64,000 nucleotides of DNA from Massalongia carnosa (lineage: Eukaryota). Of the stretch, positions 1-10,100 are shown one piece after another. The position numbers were made by a program, and so were the translations under genes. The stretch is from assembly GCA_965645245.1 (NCBI GenBank), contig OZ287077.1, forward strand, positions 2,232,001 through 2,296,000, in the 5' to 3' direction. The notes beneath the pieces are model-generated. The model worked only from the letters and a program-made list of their open reading frames with translations. It was not told where the DNA came from and did no database searches. Positions within the stretch are counted from its first letter, which is position 1, and each line of letters begins with the position of its first letter.

Positions 1-3000
1 CTGGACCTGCTCCTATCATGGAAGGACCAAAGAGTTAAGCCGGGCTTATCCCGGAGATAAGCAAGTGTTAGAGTACGAAAGCATGCTATATTATATTATC
101 GTGACAACTTCCCCCGAGCAAATAAAGCTGCTACGACCCCGTAGCAATATTATTACGTAGCAATATTATTACTTACTAACTCTGCCATCTTTCCTGGGTC
201 TTCCACGACCCCTCTTTACCGGCACGACTGCTTTTGTAGCGGGTACCATAGCTCCCGTAGTAGGTGTTAGTGAGGCGGATTGTGGAGTAGGTGTGACCTT
301 TGTAGGACCAATCGTGGACGTTTCAGCGGGAGCCACCTTTGACATTTGTACTGCCTCACCAGCTGGTGCTGTGATAGCAGGTGTTTCCTTGGTAACTACC
401 GCAGTACTGGAGGGTGTTGACGCAGGTGGACTGCCAATGGACAGTGTGGACCCTATGCTCTTTTCGTAGTCATAGACTAATTCCTTGGCATTGTCAAGAT
501 CCTTGATGCTATACCATTGATCGAACTCGGGTCCGTAGCCCTTCCATTTTACCAAGTACTGTATGGACTGTCCGCGGCCTTTCCGGACGACACGTTTATT
601 TAATATCCTTTCTATCTCGTAAGACTTGAGGTAGTCCGTGTCTCCTTCCACGAAGACGGTGGGTGGATGATCAGGCCTGGGACGGTCAAACGGGTCCGTC
701 GCTGGTGGCGGACAGGGCTCTAGCTGTGCTACCGAGAAGACAGGATGAACCTTCCAGTGGGGAGGGACGTCAAGGCGGTAAGCCAAGCGGCCGACCTTCT
801 GTAAGACCTTGAAAGGCCCTACGTACTGTTGAGTGAGCTTCTTGGTTACTCCAGTGGTCGAGGGGATGGAATATCCCTTATGAAGCTTGAGCAGGGCCCA
901 TTCTCCCTCCTTCATGAACAAAGGTTGATGTAAGCGGTCATAGTGCCGTTTATAATTCATACTGGCAAAGGAGATAGCGTCCCTAGCTTGATTTCTAACT
1001 GCGGATATTTGTATTTCGGCATCATCCCTGAGAAGATCCAGGGCCGTGTTTGGAGTAAATCCAAATGCTAGCTCATTAGGAGTCTTTCCGGTGGTGGAAG
1101 ATGAAGAGTTGTTCAGAGATGACTGAATAGAAACTAGGACTTTTGGCCAGTCAGTTGGAGCCTCCAGGGTGCTTATGTGAAAACGTAAGGCAATTTCCGC
1201 CGTTTGATTCGTTCGTTCCGAACTTCCATCCGTCTGAGGATGATAAGCTGTGGAATAGAGTAGGGAAGTACCCAGTCTATGAAAGATCGCCTTCCATAGC
1301 TCAGATAGGAACTTTGGATCCCGATCGGTAATAGTCACCTTGGGCAGACCCCAGTTCATAAGAGAAAGACGTTCGTAGAGAAGGTCTGCCCAATTTACTG
1401 CACCGAACGTGGACTTTCCAGGAATCATGGTTATTTGCTTGGTAAATTTATCCGTTACAGACATTATCGAGTCCCATGCTTCCTTAGTGATGGGAAGTGC
1501 TAGGATAAAATCCAAAGTAATAGTATGAAATGGAACCGGTGGGCTGTCGATGGGCTGAAGACTTCCCCAGGGTTTATGTCTTCTGGTCTGAAGTACTAGA
1601 CATTCTGGACAGTGTCGTATGTACTCTCGTAATGTCCGTACCAGGTTCCTGACGTACCATGAACGAGTAACTATCTCATAGCACCTGGCAAATCCAGGAT
1701 GACCATTTCCATGCGCTATAGCAAATATGTCTTTGACACAACTGGCTGGTATACAGAGACGTCTGATACCTGAGAATCTATCTATGTGATAGATGAGATC
1801 CTTGTCTGTTTTGCCAATTGGCAAAATTTCCTGAGTTGATTTTTCAGTTGAATTCATCTCAGCTGGATTGACTGGAATTTCCATAGTGTTTCCCCGGGCA
1901 AAAGGAATTTTAGCGGCGCCCTCGTCGAGTTTATCGTTAGTGTCTATCATTTGGATTATATTGATCCATAATTTATCTGTAGAATAACCGGCGATGAGAC
2001 GTTTTCTGAATTCATTGCTCATTTCTACGACCGTAGTGTTATAGACGTATAAGACATCCAACTCCGAGTGATCATCGGCTAAGATAGGCCTCACGTTGGC
2101 GCTGGCTAGTCGGGAAAGAGCATCAGGAATGATGTGCTCTTTGCCTGGTTTATGCCTGATGTCGAGTCGGAATTGACTCAGAAACTGAGAAGCTCTGATC
2201 AATCGGACGTTCATTCTCATGGTCGATGTAGTGGCCGTTATTAGCTTTTGCTTACTGATTTCGATTATAGCGGAGTGATCTGTCTGAACGATCGTTGGAT
2301 GCTCCGATGATTGGACAAGGTGTCTGACTTTTTTGATGGTCCATACTAGACCTGCCATCTCTAGTTCAGTAGGCCAGTAGTTCTTTTCAGCCGCCGTAAG
2401 GAGACGGCTAAGGAACATGATGGGTTCTATTTGATTTCTTGAAGGCCATTTTCCGATTGGTACTATAACACCGACTTTGAAATAGAAGACTATAACACCA
2501 TACCCAAAATCTTTGGAGGCGTCTAGGTCTATCCAGAGAATGCGGTGTGGACTAAAATGAATGAGGATGGAGGGTTTGCTAAGCAGCTTCTGAAGGGTTA
2601 TAAACGCTGAAGTCTCTTTTTCGGTAGGGATTATCTTAGTACGAGACGTATAATTTCGTCGTTGTTGACCTCCTTTCAGAGATGCCCTTAGAAGGTGCGT
2701 TTTTAGGTCTTGTAGAGGGCGGGCTATGCCTGCATAGTAGTAGATGAAAGAACGTAGATAGCCGGTAAGACCGAGGTAATGTTCTAAGTCTATCAGTGCC
2801 TTGGGGAACTTCAACAGAGATATGGCGCGAAGTTTCTCCTCGGAGGTGGACATGCCGAGGGAGTTTACCCTCTGCCCGAGAAGATCAACGTCTGAATAGC
2901 CTAAAAAAGCCTTGGTGGGCTTGATGGCTATTCCAAGCTTCACGAATAAGGAGAAGATTTTCCGAAGATGCATTAAATGCTCATCTAGGGACGTTGATCT

Positions 3001-6000
3001 TACTACCACGTCATCTATGTAAGCTTTGACAAAGTCACGGAAGTCCCGAAGAATGGTGTCCATTTGTCTTTGAACATAAGCAATGGAGTTGCGATTGCCC
3101 ATCACTGGTACCAAAAAGGTCTCCTGGCCTCGGTGAGTGACTATTGTTTGCTTATATGTGTCTTCCGGATGAACGCGCCATTGATAGAAGAAAGAATTCG
3201 CGTCTAGGACAGAAATGTGAGTACATCCACGAAGGTCTGCTATGACATCACTTTGTAGATGGACCGGGTAGGCATCAGGAACCAGAAGATCATACAGGCC
3301 TCTGATGTCTACGACGGCACGGCCTTTCCGGACGTCACCGATTTTCTTCCAAACGACAAAAACAGGGTAGCTGAATGGAGTATGCGTATTGGTCCATATT
3401 AATCGTCCTTGTCGATGCATTTCGTCAAAGGTTTTATCTACTATTTCCCTGTCTTCTATTCCCAGGGGATAGACCTTGGATTTTCCAGAGACCTTCGACT
3501 GCCAATCCTCGCGAAGGGGTAGCTTCATCCACTGGTTCATAGGAACATCAATGAAGCCTTCGTCCTTCCATAGTGAGGGAAACTCGTCTACCAGGTCTGA
3601 ATAGGCCCTGGTGGCTATCGTGTCGCCATAGGTCATGACACCGTTGGCTAGCTTGGTCTCATACTTGTTGCAAGATGCTGTGGTAGCTACCTTAATGGAA
3701 TTTTCTGGGGGAAATGATGAAAGACTTGGAGTAGGTAGATCCATAGTAACAGCAGTCAGAAATGCTGCTGCTTTAAATGCTTTTTTGAACCAACTTGCCT
3801 TTGGTGGTTTGGTGGCAAGGTCTTTGTCAGCTATGTGAAAACATTCGTTATAGTGGACCTCGGAGACCTGTCCGAGGCGGAATTTTCTTGGAAGTTCCAC
3901 TGGTATAGGCGAGTCGTTTCGGACTACGATTTCTGCAGTAAGTGCATCTACGAGGTGATAGTACAAAGTTACATTTGCTTTATCGGTAGGTTTAAAAAGA
4001 AAGTCTCTGTCTGCTGGTAAGATCATGTTGACAGGGACTTTTAACTCAGCACCTGGGGTGACGGTAACAGCGGACCTTGTGCGAACGGTCTTTCTGATGA
4101 AAGTTCCACGAGGTCTGACCTGAAGGCTGATGTTTACATCACAGCTACCGATGTAAGCCTTTTTCTTGTTTATATCAATAACAAATTCTTCTGGTCCAAG
4201 TACGTCGTTTCCGATCAGCATATTGGCCTTGAGACCATCCACTATGTGGATTTCACGGGTGATACAGGCCAGAACCGACGTTCCATCGGACGCCTTTGAG
4301 GCCGGCATGTAGAATGGAACCAAAATGTACTCCTTTGTTTCATGCGTATTGGAACCAATACCTCGAACTCGTAGCGGATTTGCCATAAGATGAACCTTAG
4401 CGTTAGGAATGTCTCTGCTAATCCACTCTCGATCTCCTAAAGTGGAACCACAACCAGTGTCCAGACAGCAATCGGTGGATGGACCTTCCGGGGTAAACTT
4501 TACCGCTCCCTCGATGAAATTCCAGTTACGAAAGCCTAGTCCAAAACCGAGATTTTCTGTAGAAGCCTTGGATGTGACTATGATAGGAGTAGTGGTAGTG
4601 GTGTCTGCTACGGAAGTAGCATAGACGTTCGATCCGTGTTCATTCTCTTTGTCAACTGACAGTTTGTTAGAAGTGAAATTTGCAAATTTTTTCAAGGTTT
4701 TTGAGGCAGGCGATGTCCTGGAACATCCAGACCGTAGGTGTTTGTGTAGTTTGTTCTTCGATGGAAAGGATTCCTGACAGTTGGTGCAGGAAGAGTCTAT
4801 GCCGACAAACCAAGCGAAGTCCTCGGATTCCTCTGGTGCATCCTGCTCTGCATAGAACATCTCGTTCCCATGCTCATCATACCCAGCGAAATTTACCGGC
4901 ATGTCCTCTGGCTCGACTGAGGATGTTCCGGGGCTCTCCTGCAGATCTTCGTCGTCTTCAACTGAAGCCTGATATGCCCTCCTATAGCCACCTTGATTTT
5001 GTTTGTTTCCTCCTCTTTGATTGCGGTAGTTTGACCTTGGATATCCCTGTGCAGGACGGTCTGGTTTTGATGAGGAAGCTGATGCGTTTGACGCGTTGGG
5101 TGTAGCCGTTATGGCGAGAGGGGTTCGACCGGTGACTTGTAAGGCAGGACCTTGCTGGAACTGCTGTTGATTGTTAGGACCATTCCATTGTTTGTAGGAG
5201 GGACTATTCTGCCAGTTGGCGGATTGGGGCTGGTAGTTCCAACTTTCTGATGAACTACTAAAGAAAGGCCTTTGTTGACCGATGTTGAACTTACTAGCTG
5301 ACTTGTTGATTCGGTTGTTAGGCCTGATGTCGTAAGTACGATCAGGTTTGGAGAATCCAGGCGTCTTCTGCTGGCGAGAGGCTAGTTGCCACCAGATGTG
5401 TTTATGATCATCTAGGGAGCGAAGGAAAATATCTAGATCAGTGGCTACGTTAGGTAATGGAAGATCTCTCTGGAATTCCACATCCAAGCCGTTGTAGATG
5501 AGGAAGATGTGATTAGCGGTGGAGCCAAGTTCGGCCGATTTAGCTGCACGAAGCATGGTGGCAGCGTACTCTCTGGGCTCTCGATGTTGACGAGCATCTT
5601 CCATAGTGTACTTACCTTTGATTACAGCCGCCATGGCGACATTGGGTGCCTCTTTGAACCGCTTGTGAAGCTGGGTTGTCCAATGATCAACCCCAGGACC
5701 ATATCTTACCAAAAGCTTAGCTTCGTCAGATAGCTCGGCTGTGTACCATTGTAGAGCTACGCCTCTAAGGCATGTGAACAGGTTTTCTCTGATCAACTGG
5801 TCACCCTTGATGGCGGAAATATCTTTTACCCTTTCTATGAATAGATGAACATCTCTAAAGTATGTGTCTTTTCCAACATGCTCAATGGAACTTCCAGTAT
5901 TGGAAGACTTATCATCGTACATGGGGTCAAAGAAACCTACGTCTGCTGCATTCCACCTTGGTTGCCCTGGTGCAGGTCCATCGACCTCTGGCTGGGGGCC

Positions 6001-6980
6001 TTGGGGACCAGGTGGACCAGGCGGTCCACGCACTGGTGGGTTTTGCCGGTAGTAATCTGCTACGGCAGCGGCTATCATAGCTTGGAGGGCAGCGTTATCC
6101 ATGATAACGGCGGGCTGATTGATATGACTTCTGGAACTTTCTGGTCTTCCGAACTCCACGTCGGCCGAGGTCTGTCTTGTGTTTGGGGCAGTGAGAAGAC
6201 CAAGTAGATGATCTCGGATTTCCGGGGTAGGTTCCTCCACTGGTGTATTGGCTCTGACCGGGGTGCCACCTACAGAAGGAGAAAGGTCAAGGTCGAGGTA
6301 GTGTAGCAACTGAGGTGTCTCTCGGAAACTCCTTGTTCGGTCAGAAAAGTTTAGAACTACCCTTCGAAGGGCCGCAGAGTCTGACTTCCAACGAAACGGG
6401 TAGTTAGCGGGGACCTGAGATCTAGCACGACCTGATCGGAGGGCAAGGCCTGATGATGATTCCTCCGGACTTCTGTAGCTGTGGACTATATACTGAATGG
6501 TTCGTTCAATGGGAAGAATGTCCGAGCTAAAGCCGTATTCCTTACGGTAATGAAAGAATTGATAGGCTAACAGAATAAGGTCTTCTGAAAGAGGTGGAGG
6601 TGAACCTTGTGGAGGGGAAACAGAGGAGAATTGGGAAGCCAGGTTGGGCCTCGCCACGGTGAATTCAACCGAGGTGAGCTTTGGCAGGAAGACTGGTTGA
6701 AGTGCTACTTCTGGTGGAGGACTCCTCCTGGTGATCTATACAGTAATCAATGGTACTGCGAGACAGTGCTACCATTTGTAAAGGTAATCATCATAATAAG
6801 GGTTTGTAAAAGGATGTCCATTGAGATGTGCGAGCAAGCTCGTCTATATACAGCTAATCTAGACTAGTCCCAATCTGGACCTGCTCCTATCATGGAAGGA
6901 CCAAAGAGTTAAGCCGGGCTTATCCCGGAGATAAGCATGTGTTAGAGTACGAAAGCATGCTATATTATATTATCGTGACA
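1..6980 (-). mobile_element. Ty3/Gypsy LTR retrotransposon A (chromodomain-bearing), apparently intact; 3' LTR cut by window start
   Basis: 1-106 repeats 6875-6980 with 1 mismatch. 5' LTR is 6777-6980 (TG..CA). Minus-strand PBS TGGTAGCAC lies just inside it, and PPT GGGGGAAGT abuts base 106. The element interrupts the pol frame of element B. Confidence 0.95.
169..6657 (-). CDS. Single-ORF Gag-Pol polyprotein of element A (true start may be downstream of the GTG at 6657)
   Basis: Protease CLDTG, RT YIDD, RNase H LDAS..PTELE..TDH, integrase H-H-C-C plus DFI..DRD..SER, chromodomain (YEIERI..YLVKWKGY..W), C-terminal AT-hook GRGRPRK. Confidence 0.93.
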   Translation of the reverse strand: MARPNLASQFSSVSPPQGSPPPLSEDLILLAYQFFHYRKEYGFSSDILPIERTIQYIVHSYRSPEESSSGLALRSGRARSQVPANYPFRWKSDSAALRRVVLNFSDRTRSFRETPQLLHYLDLDLSPSVGGTPVRANTPVEEPTPEIRDHLLGLLTAPNTRQTSADVEFGRPESSRSHINQPAVIMDNAALQAMIAAAVADYYRQNPPVRGPPGPPGPQGPQPEVDGPAPGQPRWNAADVGFFDPMYDDKSSNTGSSIEHVGKDTYFRDVHLFIERVKDISAIKGDQLIRENLFTCLRGVALQWYTAELSDEAKLLVRYGPGVDHWTTQLHKRFKEAPNVAMAAVIKGKYTMEDARQHREPREYAATMLRAAKSAELGSTANHIFLIYNGLDVEFQRDLPLPNVATDLDIFLRSLDDHKHIWWQLASRQQKTPGFSKPDRTYDIRPNNRINKSASKFNIGQQRPFFSSSSESWNYQPQSANWQNSPSYKQWNGPNNQQQFQQGPALQVTGRTPLAITATPNASNASASSSKPDRPAQGYPRSNYRNQRGGNKQNQGGYRRAYQASVEDDEDLQESPGTSSVEPEDMPVNFAGYDEHGNEMFYAEQDAPEESEDFAWFVGIDSSCTNCQESFPSKNKLHKHLRSGCSRTSPASKTLKKFANFTSNKLSVDKENEHGSNVYATSVADTTTTTPIIVTSKASTENLGFGLGFRNWNFIEGAVKFTPEGPSTDCCLDTGCGSTLGDREWISRDIPNAKVHLMANPLRVRGIGSNTHETKEYILVPFYMPASKASDGTSVLACITREIHIVDGLKANMLIGNDVLGPEEFVIDINKKKAYIGSCDVNISLQVRPRGTFIRKTVRTRSAVTVTPGAELKVPVNMILPADRDFLFKPTDKANVTLYYHLVDALTAEIVVRNDSPIPVELPRKFRLGQVSEVHYNECFHIADKDLATKPPKASWFKKAFKAAAFLTAVTMDLPTPSLSSFPPENSIKVATTASCNKYETKLANGVMTYGDTIATRAYSDLVDEFPSLWKDEGFIDVPMNQWMKLPLREDWQSKVSGKSKVYPLGIEDREIVDKTFDEMHRQGRLIWTNTHTPFSYPVFVVWKKIGDVRKGRAVVDIRGLYDLLVPDAYPVHLQSDVIADLRGCTHISVLDANSFFYQWRVHPEDTYKQTIVTHRGQETFLVPVMGNRNSIAYVQRQMDTILRDFRDFVKAYIDDVVVRSTSLDEHLMHLRKIFSLFVKLGIAIKPTKAFLGYSDVDLLGQRVNSLGMSTSEEKLRAISLLKFPKALIDLEHYLGLTGYLRSFIYYYAGIARPLQDLKTHLLRASLKGGQQRRNYTSRTKIIPTEKETSAFITLQKLLSKPSILIHFSPHRILWIDLDASKDFGYGVIVFYFKVGVIVPIGKWPSRNQIEPIMFLSRLLTAAEKNYWPTELEMAGLVWTIKKVRHLVQSSEHPTIVQTDHSAIIEISKQKLITATTSTMRMNVRLIRASQFLSQFRLDIRHKPGKEHIIPDALSRLASANVRPILADDHSELDVLYVYNTTVVEMSNEFRKRLIAGYSTDKLWINIIQMIDTNDKLDEGAAKIPFARGNTMEIPVNPAEMNSTEKSTQEILPIGKTDKDLIYHIDRFSGIRRLCIPASCVKDIFAIAHGNGHPGFARCYEIVTRSWYVRNLVRTLREYIRHCPECLVLQTRRHKPWGSLQPIDSPPVPFHTITLDFILALPITKEAWDSIMSVTDKFTKQITMIPGKSTFGAVNWADLLYERLSLMNWGLPKVTITDRDPKFLSELWKAIFHRLGTSLLYSTAYHPQTDGSSERTNQTAEIALRFHISTLEAPTDWPKVLVSIQSSLNNSSSSTTGKTPNELAFGFTPNTALDLLRDDAEIQISAVRNQARDAISFASMNYKRHYDRLHQPLFMKEGEWALLKLHKGYSIPSTTGVTKKLTQQYVGPFKVLQKVGRLAYRLDVPPHWKVHPVFSVAQLEPCPPPATDPFDRPRPDHPPTVFVEGDTDYLKSYEIERILNKRVVRKGRGQSIQYLVKWKGYGPEFDQWYSIKDLDNAKELVYDYEKSIGSTLSIGSPPASTPSSTAVVTKETPAITAPAGEAVQMSKVAPAETSTIGPTKVTPTPQSASLTPTTGAMVPATKAVVPVKRGRGRPRKDGRVSK

Positions 6981-9234
6981 CCCTAACCAATCTGACCAAA
7001 AATGAAACGGAATTTCGATGGACTGAAAAATGTCAAACCGCTTTCGAAATCTTGAAAAAAGCCTTCACCTCTGACGTTATATTGAGACATTTCGATCCGG
7101 ATCGTCCAATAGTCGTAGAAACCGACGCCTCCGACAATGTGTCGGGTGGCATTCTTTCTCAGTATGATGATAAGGGATTGCTTCATCCTGTCGCCTACTT
7201 TTCCAGAAAACACAATCCGGCTGAATGCAACTATGAGATATATGACAAAGAATTAATGGCAATTGTTCGATGTTTCGAAGAATAGAGATCAGAATTGGAA
7301 GGATCTGCATTTCCCATTAACGTCATATCTGATCATAAAAACCTCGAATACTTTGCCTCGACCAAACAACTCAGTCGTCGTCAGGCCAGGTGGAGTGAAT
7401 TTCTTTCTCGTTTTGACTTCAAGATAGTCTACCGACCAGGAAAAGCGGGAGGAAAACCGGACGCTTTGACTCGACGATCAGGAGATCTTCCTAAAGAAGG
7501 GGATGATATGGACGATCGAAGGAAATATCAGCATCAAACTATTCTAAAAACCGAAAACCTAGACGAGGAAATCGCAAAAAGCTATCTTTCTTCCATTCTT
7601 CTAGCCCCACCCTTTCTAAATGACGAAGAACCTCACCCCGAAGAACCTCAGCTAGACGAGGGCCCAATCAATCCAGAAGAGGATATTCCCACTCAGCTTC
7701 TTTGGGAACAAGCCCTCGCACGAGATCAATTCGCACCCAGAATTCTAGAAGCTCTTCGCAATAACGAAAGACATCATAATCAAATTCAGCTAGCAGAATG
7801 CGAAGACAGAGAAGGTGTCCTATATTTTCGGAATAAGAAATATGTGCCTCGATCAGACCGCCTACGACTTCGTATCATTCAACTTGCCCACGATAGCGTC
7901 GCCAGAGGACATCCAGGCCGTTCCAAATGTCACGAATTAGTAAATCGAACACATTGGTGGCCTAGTATGCATCAGTCCATCAAAAGATTTATTCGGAATT
8001 GCCACACCTGCAAAAGATCAAAACCATCTCGTCAGCGTTATCAAGGCTGGCTGCGTCCGCTACCCCCTCCAGAACGTAGATGGCGTGATGTCTCCATGGA
8101 TTATGTAGGACCACTGACTCCCAGCACCTTTATGGGAATCACCTATCGCTATGTCTTAGTGTTTATAGACCGTCTTTCCAAAATGCGACACTTTGTCCCC
8201 ACAGCAACCATGGAAGTTGAAGAAGCGGCCAATTCTTTCTATCAGAATGTCTGGAAATTGCATGGCCTTCCCGATGTCCTAGTCTCCAACCGCGGCTCTC
8301 AGTTTACCTCCGACTTCTGGGAACTGATGTGCAAAAGGTTGAAATCGATGCCAAACTTTCCACTGGTTATCATCCTGAGACTGATGGACAAACCGAAAGA
8401 GCTAATGCCACTATGGAGCATTATCTTAGGGCTTATGTCAACTACATGCAAGATGACTGGGCACAATGGCTTCCCGGCGCCGAATTCGCTAGCAATAACA
8501 CCGAGTCTTCTAGTATTCTAGCCTCCCCCTTCCTAGCCAACTTCGGACAACATCCTCGTGTGGGATTTGAACCGGAGGAACCGTTACCTCAAGACCTGAC
8601 CGCTCAGGGAAGGGCAAACCTGATTGCAGCCAATCAGTTTGTGGACAAAATGCAGGACATCGATACTCATCTCCGAGACGAAATGCTAATGGCACAAGCA
8701 TCTTATGAATCAACCGCAAATGCTAATCGACGTCCCTGCCCCCGCTATTTCGTAGGAGATATGGTATGGCTAAGCACCAGAAACATCCAGACCGCCCGCC
8801 CAACAGTTAAATTGGACGACCGAAACATCGGTCCCTATCGGGTCAGCAAGGTTTTTTCCAACCCACTGATTCTTCAAATCGAACTTCCCGATACCGTCAA
8901 AATTCAACCCGTTTTTCACGTCAATCTATTGCAACACGACGCCAATGACCCGCTTCCCGGACAAATACCGGAGCCTCAAAACCCCGTTATTGCTGAAGAC
9001 GGCCAGCGAGAATGGTATGTAAATAGCATTCTGAATTCCAAACTCGATCGACGTTTCCAACCCCCACTTCTGAAGTATCTTGTCGGCTGGGAAGGACACG
9101 CCTCCACCTGGGAACCATTCAACTACATCACCAACCGTCAGCAAGCCCTAGACGAGTATCATCAAGCTTACCCCAACGCGGCTGGCCCTCATCTCACCCC
9201 GTGCCAAATTCCTCGTTGTCGGTGTCGCGATTAA
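6981..9234 (+). pseudogene. Disrupted Gypsy pol of element B (RT end, RNase H, integrase, chromodomain)
   Basis: PLTNLTK.., [29 protein letters not shown] stop at 7283-7285 where W is expected; frameshift near 8340. Confidence 0.9.
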
Positions 9235-9350
9235 AATTGCATCGCAGGAGCTCTGCCTTTGAGAGGGGAGCTACTGTCATGAAACGGCTTCGAACCAAAA
9301 GGATCTCGGCCTTATCCGTAGTTGCCCCCTCTATCCTGTCCCTACCTACC

Positions 9351-9490
9351 ATACCGCAGGTTTATTGGAGCTACCGCGGGTTCATTGGACCTAACGCAGG
9401 TTCATCGGAACTACCGCGGGTTCATTGGACCTACCGCGGGTTCATTGGACCTACCGCAGGTTCATTACACCTACCACAGCTTCATTGGTC
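9351..9490 (+). repeat. 7 tandem copies of a 20-bp unit (CTACCGCGGGTTCATTGGAC) in the element B LTR
   Basis: Exact 20-bp periodicity visible. Confidence 0.9.
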
Positions 9491-10100
9491 AGTGCGCGCT
9501 GTTCTAACCTTTCTCGATGCGGTTAGATCGAGTACGGCTCCGCCTCCGATCTTCGAAACCATAATTACCCGGTCCCCATTAGGTGTCTTCGTATTAACTT
9601 AGGAAAAGGAGATTAATAGGAGATATCGAAGATCAAGGAAACAAAGGGGTAAGGAGGTGAGGAACAGATATAAAAGAAGGGGTCGAATCTCGAAAGTTCT
9701 GGCTCCTTGTCCGACGTCTTGAATAGCCAATCTAGCCTAGCTGTAGCTATAGACTCAGTCAATTAGAAAGCTTGACCATCCAATCCAGTTGTGACGAGGC
9801 GGCAACGGGGGGGCCTATTCAGGTGGTGAAGGTGGTGGCATTGCTAGCTATGACTATACTAGATAGACAAGACGAACACAAGGAAGAAAGCATCAATTGC
9901 TGCAGAGATTTTCCATGTAACTCCCGGAACCCATTTCCTTACCTGAATGCGGTTAGCTCCCCACTAAGGCTAACGCGATACCTAAAACATTTAGCGTGTC
10001 GGGAGGTATCGCTTAGCAGAGCATCTCGCGCTCACACCATGACAGTAGCTCCCCCTTCAAGGCCTGCTTCCACGCAGGCTTTATAGCTTCAGGGTGTGAG

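Noticed and set aside
6981..6988. Element A inserted next to telomere-like CCCTAACC
   Set aside because: It is just the conserved P-L-T codons of element B pol; a single unit is expected by chance.
9351..9490. 20-bp and 33-bp (15855-15978) repeats as CRISPR or iterons
   Set aside because: Contiguous tandem units without spacers, inside LTRs.
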